A DNA stretch of 64,000 bases from Haplodiscus bocki. Lineage: Eukaryota. The stretch lies in NCBI GenBank assembly GCA_965655095.1, contig OZ296648.1, forward strand, positions 103,168,001 to 103,232,000, written 5' to 3'. Of the stretch, positions 49,301 through 61,259 are shown piece after piece. The notes under the pieces are model-generated. The model worked only from the letters and a program-made list of their open reading frames with translations. It did no database searches and had not been told where the DNA came from. The stretch's first letter is position 1. Each line of letters opens with the position of its first letter. The translations under genes were made by a program, and so were the position numbers.

Positions 49301-50596
49301 GATTAGTTGTCCCGCTTCCTGTGCTCCAACACTCATGACCTCTTATATTATTATTATTTTCCGTCTCCATATTTTTTATAAAAGGGAAAATTATTCAATG
49401 ACTAGCGTCGTTTTTCTTTCACACATATTTTGTCAATTTAAAGTTCAATTTTTTAAATGAGCGTTTGTTCACATCTATTGGGAATTTGTTTACTTCTTAA
49501 TCTTAACTATCACCTACAATAACCTGTTATCAGCTGATTATTAATTGGTACTCGCAAAATCAATTGAAAATAGAGCAGTCTTTGTTTTAAAAAAGTTTTT
49601 TTTGCCAGAAATTTGGCTTTTTAGAAGAAAAATCGTAATTTTCGAATTTTGCGGCACTTTTTTGATTTTTATTGAAACAATTTGTTCCAAATTTGTTTTA
49701 GGATGCCATTTACTCACGATTTTTTGCAGAAAGTTGTTTTTATCACAAGAGTTTCAGGTTTTGTCTACAAAAATCGGAGAAGCATCATTTTTTTTAGTTT
49801 TAAGGTAAACTTTGAATAATTTTTTGACATTTTTGGGTTTGAATTACATTTTTTTTCAACGTTTGTTCCCTAATTTGTGCAGCGGAAATTATCCCAAGTT
49901 TGCCGCGCGTCTTGATAGACATTCTGATTGACACGAAGAATGTGTAGTGAAACCGTCTCACGTCCAGATCTATCTTGTTCGAAACTTGCATTTTTTGATG
50001 TCATCAGAGTTCAGTCAAGTGTAAATGTTCAAAACCGGTTTGTTTTGATATAGTTTGCTGGTAGTTGTTTATTTGGGTTTTTTGGAAACTGATATAATTT
50101 TTGAAAATTTGGCCTGAAAAAATGAACAACAGCGTCCTTAAAAGGTCATGATTGACTTATCAATGTTTCAAATGAGACACTCTTTGCCGTAAATTGTTCA
50201 TGTTCGCGTTTTACTCTCAAGGTTTTAAACATGGGCCGCAAAAATTATAAAAACATGATTGGTAGATCAATTTTTTGGGTATGGGACACTATAATTGTTA
50301 CTTGTCTCACTTTGAATTTTTCGAACAAACTTTTGTTGGCAGATAGTGTAGGAATTCTAGAACTCTATCGCATCTCAGATTATGATTCCAAATGTCTCTC
50401 AGTATCTTTGATATGTAGTCTCAACTGACAAGTCAAAATGTATTGCAAATTTCTGCTTCTGTGTTTATAATTTTGCACTCCATTTATCGAGTAGTCATCA
50501 TCATTTTTTGAACATTCATTTTCTTTAACTAAAGAACCAGTTTTGGCAAATGTACTCAAATTTTGCTTTTATATGGCATGAATTACCGTCAATACG

Positions 50597-50660
50597 GCCT
50601 TGTCGGTTGAACAAAGGCGCTCCAATTCGAGAGGTTTTTGGTTCAAATGCCAGCACTATC
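50597..50660 (+). mobile_element. Possible tRNA-derived SINE head
   Basis: A-box-like GGCCTTGTCGGTT and B-box-like GGTTCAAATGCC at tRNA-like spacing; no cloverleaf. Confidence 0.3.
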
Positions 50661-51815
50661 TATATTTTGAAAACTTTTTTGACCTTAAACATTCTTCCAT
50701 GACATTTTCAGAATAATTTGGTATCGGTTGGTTCCAATTTTCTTTCGTGATGCCCCCTTTGTATCGACCAAAAAAACCAGAACCACATATTTCCAAACAC
50801 CCCGTATAAATACACCCAAAATGTTTGGACGGGAAGTGGAGGCCGGCGGGCTACATCAAATTTAACCCTTCGTGTCTTGTTTGTATTAGCTGTTTCATAT
50901 ATAAGCACATCATTGTCAGTGGCTGTGTATTTTTCGTTCACTTGAGTGAGTGTCCCGTATGTGTTTAGGTCATTGTTCGAAATGGAATGAGGATTCTGGA
51001 TGTGGTCGCTCATCTGGCACTACAACATAAGATGACGTCATTTGTAGTGTCGGATTCCAGTGAGAGGGCCTTGAGTTTGAACATGAGAGCATCCGATGTT
51101 GGTGGGGAGCGCATACTCTTACTCAAATCGAGAATTTGTGATACCAGCAGAGTAAACAGTGCTGGTGACTGTACCGATGGATCTGGGCCGCCAGTCAATG
51201 AAACTCAACAGCAATCAGATACACCTGCTTTAACTCATGAGAATAGTTATTTTTTTCATTTCACATTGATTTTTCTAAATAACAAATTTTTGTATGAAAA
51301 TTGTGCATCGTTGTACCCAACATGGAGATTGGGTGTGTACGTATTGAATATACTGAAATTTTATTGGATGCCCATACATTTTTGAACATATACAATCTTA
51401 AATTTGACAATCTTTATTCAATAAGACCATGATGTGGATTTTAATTTCGAACACTTTTAAACAGAATTTGACCAAAAAGTAGAAAACAATACTTGAAGGT
51501 GATTGATTTGTCCGTTTGTAGCGGCTCTAACTATAGATCCTTTTGTTAAAGGATACCCGAGCCAGGTTGTCCGGAATTTCATTCATAACGCATTTATTTG
51601 ATAATTTTATTATCTTAATAAAAATGATTGATGATCCGAGTAACTAACTGAAAAACTTGGTAGCGCGAAGTTTTTCAGTTTCTTGACGACCTCTTTTCAT
51701 GAGGTTGTATCGAGGATAAGAATTAGATGCCCTTCCCAAGAAAAAATGCTTGAAGGGCATCTAGAAAAAAATTCCTATACTACTTTTTAATGGTTGATAA
51801 ATTTATTGTTTGCAG

Positions 51816-51936
51816 CGGCAGCGGTAGAACTTCCTGTACCTTCTTATCTCAGGACAGCCGAGCAGCAACTGGTGAAAGAGGAACTGTTCCTAAAAAACTT
51901 GGAAACGCTTCTGGATCATTACTGCCCTTTACTAGA
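51816..51936 (+). CDS. RhoGEF DH-domain gene, exon A (internal; upstream exons not located)
   Basis: TTTGCAG acceptor and GTGAGT donor. YLRTAEQQLVKEELFLKNLETLLDHYCPLL resembles DH helix 1. Ends in phase 2. Confidence 0.7.
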
Positions 51937-52724
51937 GTGAGTTACTGCTCTTAGATTCTGATTCTTAATCTAATCTTGTTGGAATGGTTACTGCCGACAT
52001 TGATAGCTCTCAACTTTGCATTATTAAAAATGCGTGAAAATCAGCTAATAGTGTCCGACTATACAGAATTGGTGACCATTTGTCATTCAGTTTTATCAAA
52101 ATTTTTATTTACTGTAGGGTTGAAGTCTAAAACTCCTGTAGTAGTCACTCATCAAAAGAACGGAAGATGCTCACTCAATTTTTGGTCAGCGGTAAAACCC
52201 AACAAACAAGTCAAGAATTTCCCATATAAGGAAAAGCTGAAAGAAAAGAAAAGAGCTCCCCATGTTTTCCTATAGAGTCAATTTATACCAAGATTACACC
52301 GCCAAACTCTGACTTTACAGTAAGTCACAATCAGAAAATATTACATTAACATTGAAGTGTAAAGTGGAAGTTAAGATGTGAGTTTTGAGTGAGTCGCATG
52401 TGCGTGACCACAAGTTGGTAGTGTCCGTAAGGCTCAATATTAATGAGGGTGGTGCGAAAAAATCTAGCAATGCAGGTGACACAACACTTTGATGTTCTTG
52501 ACAAAGTTCTTTCATGTTTGGTTTGGCCTCTCTCCTTTCTGCGTTTACATAATGCTAGTTGCATTTTCATCTAATCAACGGTCAAAAAGTACCCTCTGCA
52601 TCGGCATAAATAACTTTGAAAATACATATCAACTTGAAATATCGACTTTGAAAAATACCGTCCAAAAGCAAGCTCTATTTAAAAGTAGATGTTACCACAC
52701 TTGATGTTACCACTGGTCTTCCAT

Positions 52725-52880
52725 TGACGAGCAGTGGTTCATTGCAGAGTATCATTGAGGAACCGAAGGTTGCAAGTTTGAATCTCTACCAGCGCTATGG
52801 CTTTGTTACTTGTCATTAGCTAGGTTTGCCACTGGCTGGTCGTAGTAAAAGCTCCTGAGGTCACTCAAAGCGACAAAGTT
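52725..52880 (+). mobile_element. Possible tRNA-derived SINE
   Basis: A-box-like GCAGTGGTT and B-box-like AGTTTGAATC followed by a GC-richer body. Confidence 0.3.
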
Positions 52881-54068
52881 GTGCCGCCTAAAAACTTTGT
52901 AATGGACCGTATATTGTCATACGATAGAAGTGTTCGATTGTTTATGTTCTGTTTGATATTCTTAAAGCTGTAAGAGCTCTTGAAAATTTATTTATCACTA
53001 TTCACAAATTTTGGTGACCATTCAGTTGGTTTTGTACATGGAGGGCAAAAACAATAAATACTTTTTGTCAAATTAGATTACATCTTCCAAAGACTCTTTG
53101 CCTATAATTACTTTACTATCATATAAATGTACGTATAATACGAAGAGACATACTCTTTTGCGTCCAACTACTAAATTCTTAATTGTCACAAATATTAGAC
53201 TACTTTCGTTCTTTGGTTTTTGATTGGCGTCCTGATGACTAATAGAAACTATAAATGGAATGCAAGTTGATCCGGTCATCAAACGAGTTTGTGAAGAATA
53301 ATATCAAAAATACAATGGTCCAAAACAATTTCAAGGTTCCAACAAGTAGCTATAAATTACTACTTTTGGTCATACTATCTTTGGCAGAGGTTGTATATAA
53401 AATCACGTGGTTGGCATGACATGGTATCACTACAGCTGACCAGATTTTGTGTCTTAAAAGCGTGGCAGACGGATAACGACTTTTAACTGGCATATAGTTT
53501 CGTTTTTATGTTCACATGGCGTGTATGATGGTTGTAATCTGAATAGTGGCCCACATTGTGTTGTAGGTTGTTTCCTCGGAAATGAGTCGTACTAGTTCAC
53601 AACACGCCTGCAACAACTGCATAGTGGTATTTCAAGGTCTTTAAAGTTGAGACTGAAAACGAAATTCACCTTGGGAGGTTCACATGATCCTATTGGGGAC
53701 TGTTTTCTTTGTGGTTTCTGAACTTTTTTCCCACTGAATCTTGATAAATAGACTTTGAAACATGACTGTGTGTGTTTGAAGAATGCTGTGAAAATTGAGG
53801 CTATTTTATTTTTGATATGCTTCAGCGAACGCTATTTTATAATCGGAATTATGCCAGTACATAGTAAGCCAGGCTTGCTTGCATATTCTACATTTCTATT
53901 CGGGGCAAAATCTAAAATTTGCAGAGAAATGATGGAAGGCAGTATTCAGAAAGTATGAATCATGTGTTCAGCGCCCTGTTAAAGAGAAGAGCTTTGTACA
54001 TGTACAAGGAAACAATGGAGTAGTGATCAATTTTCAATATGATTAAAACTTGTTTTGTGTCGTTTAAG

Positions 54069-54159
54069 GAAGTACGTCGTGTTCTCAATGGACGAATTTG
54101 AGACATTGCGATGCTGGCTCTCAAACACTCATCATTTCGTCAAGCTAATGCATGACAAG
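54069..54159 (+). CDS. RhoGEF DH-domain gene, exon B
   Basis: TTTAAG acceptor and AAG|GTTAAC donor. 91 bp, phase 2 to 0, fitting exons A and C exactly. KYVVFSMDEFETLRCWLSNTHHFVKLMHDK. Confidence 0.7.
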
Positions 54160-54232
54160 GTTAACTCCTAAATCTTCCAATCTTACGACGTCAACAGACC
54201 AATCTACATGAATATGCCTGTGCTTCACTTAC

Positions 54233-54868
54233 TTCTGAACGATATAAAAAATATTTTGCTTTTGTTGTATAAACCAAGTAAAGTAGTAGGCAGAATATGG
54301 TTTCATAATAATAATAATCATACTTTCGGTGGAATTACTTCCGACGTTTTTGTGGTTTCGATTTCACTGCAATGAAATATTTGTACCGCATTTTTTTTAG
54401 TTGAATCGAATATGTAGAATTTTAATTGAAAGTGAATCCGGGAGACGAAAGGTGCGCTATATTTCAATGTGCACACCTAAATAACCAAGTTTTTCTCATG
54501 TACAGTTGTTTTTGTACGGCACCGTTTTCGTTACAAGATACCGGGTAATTAAAATTGATCGACTAAATTTATCTTGTAACGAAAAGGGTGCCATACAAAG
54601 AACAATTGTACATGAAAAAGAAACTTAAAAGAGTTATGTTGGTGTGTCCATCAAAAAATATCGCACCTTTCGTCTCCTGGGTTCAATGTTAATCAACATT
54701 CTACATATTCGATTCAACTAAAAAAATGCGATATGAATATATCATTGCCGTGAAATCGAAACCACAAAAGCGTAAAGGTAATTCTACTAGAAATATGACC
54801 ATTATTAAATGTTCTGCCTATTACTTAGCTTAAACAGGAAAAGCAAAATATTTTTTCATCGTTCAGAA
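54233..54868. repeat. Foldback element: about 300-bp inverted arms with a 29-bp loop (intronic)
   Basis: TTCTGAACGAT...TTCGTTACAAGATA (54233-54540) pairs with TATCTTGTAACGAA...ATCGTTCAGAA (54570-54868). Confidence 0.9.
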
Positions 54869-55461
54869 CCCGAGAGATCGTTCTGAAAGGGAGCGCAAGC
54901 GTTTGTAATGACAAAACTTACACTCTGAGCCCGATTCGGGCTTTCCACTCATCGACAAGCCGGAAACGTCCCGAACCCGCCATCCGTTAGGCTCGAACAC
55001 TCGCGTGGAGCTTAAATTCTATATACCCAAAACGAAGTATGTTGAGCTTTATGTCGCGCATGGCCTTATTAAGTTCTTAGGAAACTCTTCAAGGTTCCAA
55101 AAAATCCGTTTTTCACAAAAGGCACGATATACTAAAAAACAGAGTGTAGCAATTTTTAAATGCAAAAAATATATTCCAGTGCTAAGCAAATTATGGGGGT
55201 TACAGTAGGTTATACACTACCTGGGTAACTGTCTGCCCTAGTTTATGTCTGCTTTTTTCTGTGATTTTGTGATCAAAAAATTTTGGGTTATGTCTGGTAT
55301 TTTGGACTAAATGAACATTTGCTGAATTAATGAAGCAATTTTAGTTTTTTTGACTTACAGTAGTTGTAATTGGAACAGTTGAAGCAGTTTACCCGTAAAA
55401 ATTTAATTTAGTCCTATCATTGGAAACGTTTGATCAGTAGTCAGTAGCGCTTTTGTTTCAG

Positions 55462-56058
55462 CTATCAGAGTTCATAAAATACTACAGTGATCTCAGCGCC
55501 CATCAACGTGCTAATACAAATGTATCACCTAGTACGACCACAGGCGTTGACTTCTGGTCTACTGCTTCCACAAACTCTTCCTCTGCTGGCTCCAAAATGA
55601 ACACGGATGCAGGTGGGTCCTCAAACTCCTCTTCGCCTCTGATGGCTGCAGTCAACGCGACCACAACTAATCTCAACACTGCTCATTCTAATACCTGTAA
55701 TACGTCGAAACTATCCTCTGCCAATAACATATCTCCACCTTCTCTTGGTCACCGGATACAGAACTACTCCGCTGACGCCGACCACCGAAGAACACCTTGT
55801 ATTAATGATAATAATATTAATTATAGTAATAGTAATGATTACAATTATTTGCAAAGTAGCGACGTGGACCGGCACCCACAGATAAGCGAATGTTTGAATC
55901 GCAACCTTTGGCAAACTCTCTATTCGTACATATCCAACTTCAACGCTTCTCAAAAAGGGATAAACAGAGCTTTAGAGTGCAATAAAGAATTCTACAATGC
56001 TTGCCAGTCAGTTCGTGGAACTTCTAAACAAAGTCTCTTGTCTTTACTACACAGACCT
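55462..56058 (+). CDS. RhoGEF DH-domain gene, exon C
   Basis: TTTGTTTCAG acceptor and GTGAGT donor. 597 bp, phase 0/0. TLYSYISNFN...KEFYNAC...SLLSLLHRP. Confidence 0.85.
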
Positions 56059-56561
56059 GTGAGTTGCATTTAAATATTTGAGTTCATTTACGTGTGACAA
56101 TTTGGCATGTGTTAATATGGTTCGCGGATGCTTACATTTGGGCGCAGAATAATAAGCATGTTTTTTCACTGAAGCATCAGTTGATTGATTTCCTTGCAAT
56201 TCTTGCTTTCGTTTTGAAGTTTTGTTCAAACGTTATCACACTTGCACGATGCATGAGCGTTGGGCAAGTTGAAAATCGTGATTCTTTGAAAATCAAAAAG
56301 ATGACTGTACCATACCTTTCGATTCTTTGAGACTTAGAGGGGGCGCCTCACTCAATGAAAAAACTGCCATTTCAGGAATGTCATTAAAAAACCATTGGGA
56401 TTTTAATCTGGTCACTCATGGTGTCAAAGGCGACCAAAATACAGCATGTTAATTTTTTGGAATGTGTTAAAATAATAGTTGTAACATTTGTTGTGCTCAA
56501 CTTGAAAGTTTGCTCAATTTCACTGTATTGGTGAACCATAAAATGAAGAGCAGTGCTTGAC

Positions 56562-56564
<3 letters not shown>

Positions 56565-56620
<56 letters not shown>
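56565..56620. repeat. (GA)n microsatellite (intronic)
   Basis: Pure GA run. Confidence 0.97.
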
Positions 56621-56625
<5 letters not shown>

Positions 56626-56685
56626 AATGAGCGCACAGTGACGTTTGAGACATCAAAGGTAGCGTAATGTAAAATTCACCAACAG

Positions 56686-56844
56686 GTGCAGAAGCTGTCT
56701 GAATACAATAAATGGTTGGAGGAGTTGTGTTACGCCACGCCTGTAGCATCGGCCGAATACAACAGTCTCACATCTCACGCTGCCTTCTTGGCTCGTCTTC
56801 TGGCCCAGCAGAACAAATCAGCCATGCCCACCATCCAAAGTGCA
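56686..56844 (+). CDS. RhoGEF DH-domain gene, exon D
   Basis: AACAG acceptor and GTAAGT donor. Splicing yields SLLHRP|VQKLSEYNKWLEELCYATPVASAEYNSL, matching DH CR3 L..P(V/I)QR..Y..LL.EL...TP....DY..L. Confidence 0.85.
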
Positions 56845-58002
56845 GTAAGTATCATCAACATACCATATCTGGCACTGGACCCACTAATTAAAAGTAGCCT
56901 ACACTTCGAAAAAATCATTGGTTCCAAGTTGCAACCCTTGTTGTTATGTTGGAATGTAACCCTTTTTGAGGCTGCAAAGCAAATAAAAGCTTTCTAAAGC
57001 CTGTGTACAGGTTCTTGAAATTTTGAGGTTCATGAGTTTGTGAGCCGTGGGCTGTTTAGTGAGTTTTCGTTTTCAAGTAACGAACACTGACTGTTATTTG
57101 GCGATGTTGAACGGATTTCGCTGTTGCTTCATTTCGTTGCTCTTTCAGTTGTTACATTTAACTGATTATACCGGTAGCAATGCCGCGCTTTTGTCGCTCG
57201 CCTTTATCGAGTCATTTATTTGGTATAGTCTTTTCTACTCTTGAATGTGATGTCATGCCATTAGTCTTTTTTTGCCTAAGACGTAGTAGTTTGAGCCTTA
57301 CGGGCGGCGCCGACTTGGCTCTTCTCGGCTTGTTTTATGTTGCAAATACGAACCGTCAAATTTGTGTGGTACATTTAGAGATTGTGTTATAAACGTATGT
57401 TGTTATCTTATAAGCCTGATTTCGTATATATTTTCGTACGCGTGGGGCATGTACAATACGCTGGTGTTTACTTTCGGAAAAAATTGAAAAGCTGAATTAT
57501 GATCATCTTTCGAGTGAAGGTTGCATGAAATTTTTGTATCATTTTAAATGATTCAAAATTTTTCCTGCCTAAAACTTGTCTGTTGCGTTCTTGTGTCCCA
57601 AGTTTCTTTGATGAATTTTGCAAAATTGGCTGGTGTTTTATAAGTTACTTGCAAAATGTGAATGACGGCAAATCACTAAAATTTTCCAAGTTTTAAAATT
57701 CAGTTGAAGATATTTTATATGTGGCAGATATTCTTTCAATACTACCGCAATTTTCGGCTGAAGTAAATGAAGTTGAGTTGATGTTATGCCACTCAACAAA
57801 TATTAGATAAGGACAACGCGTCAATGAGGTAATAAGTGCTACTAGCGAGTGGTGTTAGATAGCAGTGCCTGAATCATTGGGCACGTTAATCATTTTATGT
57901 GCACCCAGTTCCCACTATAAATCGTAGCAGGACAAAATACCCAAACCCAAAATACCCAAAGTCCCAATTTTTACAGATTACACTAGTTCACTTTCATATA
58001 TA

Positions 58003-58670
58003 CAGTAGTGTCTTAATAGAATGGAGCTCCAGTGCATAAATTGACCAACTTTAGACCAACTATTCGAAATGGTTACTTTTGGTAGAAAGAAAAGTTTTTA
58101 GGATTTTCATCTAGTCTACAATCTTTTTTGTTTCAAAATTTTGTAACCAATGCAGCAAAAGTTAAAAATTGTCTTTTTTGGACAATTTTAAATAAGTTTC
58201 ATCTATCTTTGATATTTAAAGGCCTCAATGAAAAGTTTTTCGGACACAATTCGCAAGTAAATCTTCCCCTAAATATCTTGAAACCATTAATATACTTAGT
58301 TTTCAAAAATAATTCAAATTGCTCAGAAAATTGCTGTTTTTGTAAAATGAACTTTGAAGTTACATGTTTCAAGATAGGTTTTAGGAATCGTATTTCGAAA
58401 ATTTGCGATATCTATTCAAATCGAAAGTTTTTTTTCAATCAAAATATATCGCAGGATTCAAGAAATTGTGGAGAATTTTTGATTTTTGTGGTGCATAACT
58501 TCTTGAAAATGTTTTTCCTAACTTGGTCGAACTTCCAAAAAACGACAGAAATTATCAAAACTGGCAAATATTAACCAATGAGATTGCGAATTGAGAGCAA
58601 ATAACGAGATCCTATAGGCTAAATAGCGTGAGTGAACGCTCTTAAGCTCCATTCTTTTGAAACGCCACTG
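58003..58670. mobile_element. Tc1/mariner-type MITE
   Basis: 26-bp imperfect TIRs CAGTAGTGTCTTAATAGAATGGAGCT and AGCTCCATTCTTTTGAAACGCCACTG. TA on the left flank (CA on the right). AT-rich non-coding interior. Confidence 0.7.
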
Positions 58671-61259
58671 CAGTTTTGGAACAGTTGCGCAAGGGAGCGC
58701 CCAAAAAAAATTGAGAATTTAGCAACTGATAAGCTATTCTGAGGCTAAAATATCTTTTAATTTTAAGCAGCAAGCCCCTCGTTTAAACTCAGATTGCTTA
58801 TAATTGGGACTGGGTAAATGCTGAATGTGTGAATTTTTGTGTTTTTTCTATAACTTATTTGCCTGTACGCATTAATGCAGCGTACAAAAATTTCATGCAA
58901 GGTTAACTTGGTGTTGAAGGGGAGCACGTGTCAAAACTTTGCGCCTGGATTATGTAGAAAGCAATATTGTCCAAAATTCCACCAGCTGTTCAAAATCAGT
59001 TAATTTTGTTAGTGATATTGCAAAATCACGAAACGAGGCGAGACGCGATAGAAGCTCTAAAGAGAGTGAGTGTGGTCAGTTTATTTGTGTTGCATGTACT
59101 CTGTCATGTTCAATCAAACGCCGGCCTCACAAGCAATCGGCCTTGTCGTAGTCATTTGAAACTACCGGGGTGGCCTTGTTATTGCAACACAGCTCCTCTT
59201 CATTCGAGCATGCTTGTTCACAGCTCCCCAAATTTTAACACTGCTATTTAATTGTACTCTCTTCTATTCGCTAATATTTCATTGATTGAACCTACTGCCC
59301 AACAAACCCTCTTGTACTTTGGGCTAATCCCTGCGCAATTCGAAATACCTCCACGCACGGCGCCCGTTTTTGTTTGAAGGAATTGTTTCAGTCTCCCTAA
59401 GCTTCTGCCCACATTTTATTTCAGTCCTAGCAGTCTGTCGTCTTCGTTTGAAAAAATAAAACAACACATTTAGTTCATCTAATCGGAAAGAAAGATAAGG
59501 ATTGAAGTTGAATCGCATTTGGATTAGATTTCATTTCGAATTGATTCAAATAGACACGACTGACCAAGATTCGATTTTAGCTCGTTATCTCGGTGAACTT
59601 CACTAATTCTTTTCTCCTTTTCACCTTCGTTAGAAAATTTGTTCGTCATTGATTCAATCGTTACTCAACTTATTATAAACTGACTATGCCCTAATTTTGG
59701 GGGTGAAATCAAATGTGTATAGACGACACTATGTAGGGTGATGACAAAGTCTTGCTATGCTGCTACTTAAAACACTATTTTGAGAATAATAACCTCACAA
59801 AGCTACCAATTCTTTTCTTTAGAAAAGATTTTACCACTGATCTTGCTTACACCATTCGCCAGCTGCTGATCGTGACAACATTGAAACAATCATATCTCAA
59901 AGCTTTGAGTTGTTTCCTAGCATTTTTCAACAGTTTATGTGGTATGACTTGTGTGCTGTGGTTTAGATTCCTAAAGAAAACCCGCTGAACAATGGAAGAC
60001 ATAGCAGCCAAGGTGGTGCATCCAGCAATAAAAAACTTACTCACCCCACTATAATACAGGTTAGATATTGTTTCGAATTGGCACCAGCTTATTGCTATAC
60101 GGTATACAAAAAAAAATATACGAATATACGATTGTATTTCTGGGTTTTACTATTATATGTTATACAAAAGAAGTATTATACTTCAATACACTGCTTGAAA
60201 CTAAGTTTTCGGCTTAAGATGAAATCTCCGAATAATTGAATTATTTCATGTTTGTCTCCCTCGAAAAGAGGGAACTTTGGACACAGATTATAAAATCTTT
60301 TGTCAAACTTTTGAAGGGTGTGAAGGGTCCCATATGGTGAAAAGCTTCAGTAGCCGCTTCATGACATGGCTGATTTCAAACCGCGGTTGCGTCTGGGTGA
60401 CCTGGTGCTACTGAAAATTGGTTTGAGATTTTTTGTTTGATTTTGGAGAAGCGTTCCAGTGAGCTTCTGCTCTGTATCACGGAATCCAGTTTTTGTATAA
60501 TAGTGTATACATTGATGAGGTGAAAACAAAAGATGCCCGCGGGAAACAAACTCTTGAAAAATGTGCCTAGAAAAACTACTGAATGCAAATCTTAATTAAT
60601 CAGCAGGTGACGGAAGTGGTGCGTAAACTTCTCACTTTTCTTTGGTCAGTCTGTCTTTGGTTTTTGCTGGCTGAAAAACGGACTGGAAAAAAACAAAGAG
60701 TGTCTGATGGATAAGTGAAAAGCGCCGCTGCTGCTGGCATTGAGCAAGTGAATATTTTTCATCTTGTAGTCAGAATCCATCTTGGTCAACGCCGAAGTTT
60801 TACGATTTCTACTCACCTCTGCACTGAATCTTACATATAGTAAGATATGAAACGGTGTCTCCGCTTTTCAAAAAACTAATTTTTCTGTAATTGCCGAACG
60901 AAGGAAGCAACTAAGTGAAAATTCAGAGCCAAAAAAGGAATTAAACTCAAGTGATTGTGTTCCCGCTATGGTGTCATACTGAATGAAGAAAGTGAGTGAG
61001 ATTATCAAATTGTCCGCTGCATTGAGTTATCTGCTTTAGCCATTCAGGCGTGATAACCGAAAGAACTTGAAGAGATCTTTAAAATGTTTTGGACAGATTG
61101 AAGTTTAATCTGCTGAGTCAAGTAGAGAGCCTTCCGGTTGCGATTCCGGCTGTGGGCAAGCACAGCCTACCTAACAATCTCTGCTCCACCAACATAGGGA
61201 AAGACCTAACGTAAAAACCTACAATTCCCGCGGCAACAGAGGGCACCTCAGGCTCAGGC

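Noticed and set aside
50708-51385. ORFs on both strands as exons of a host gene
   Set aside because: No consistent splice sites or recognisable domain; possibly UTR or decayed sequence.
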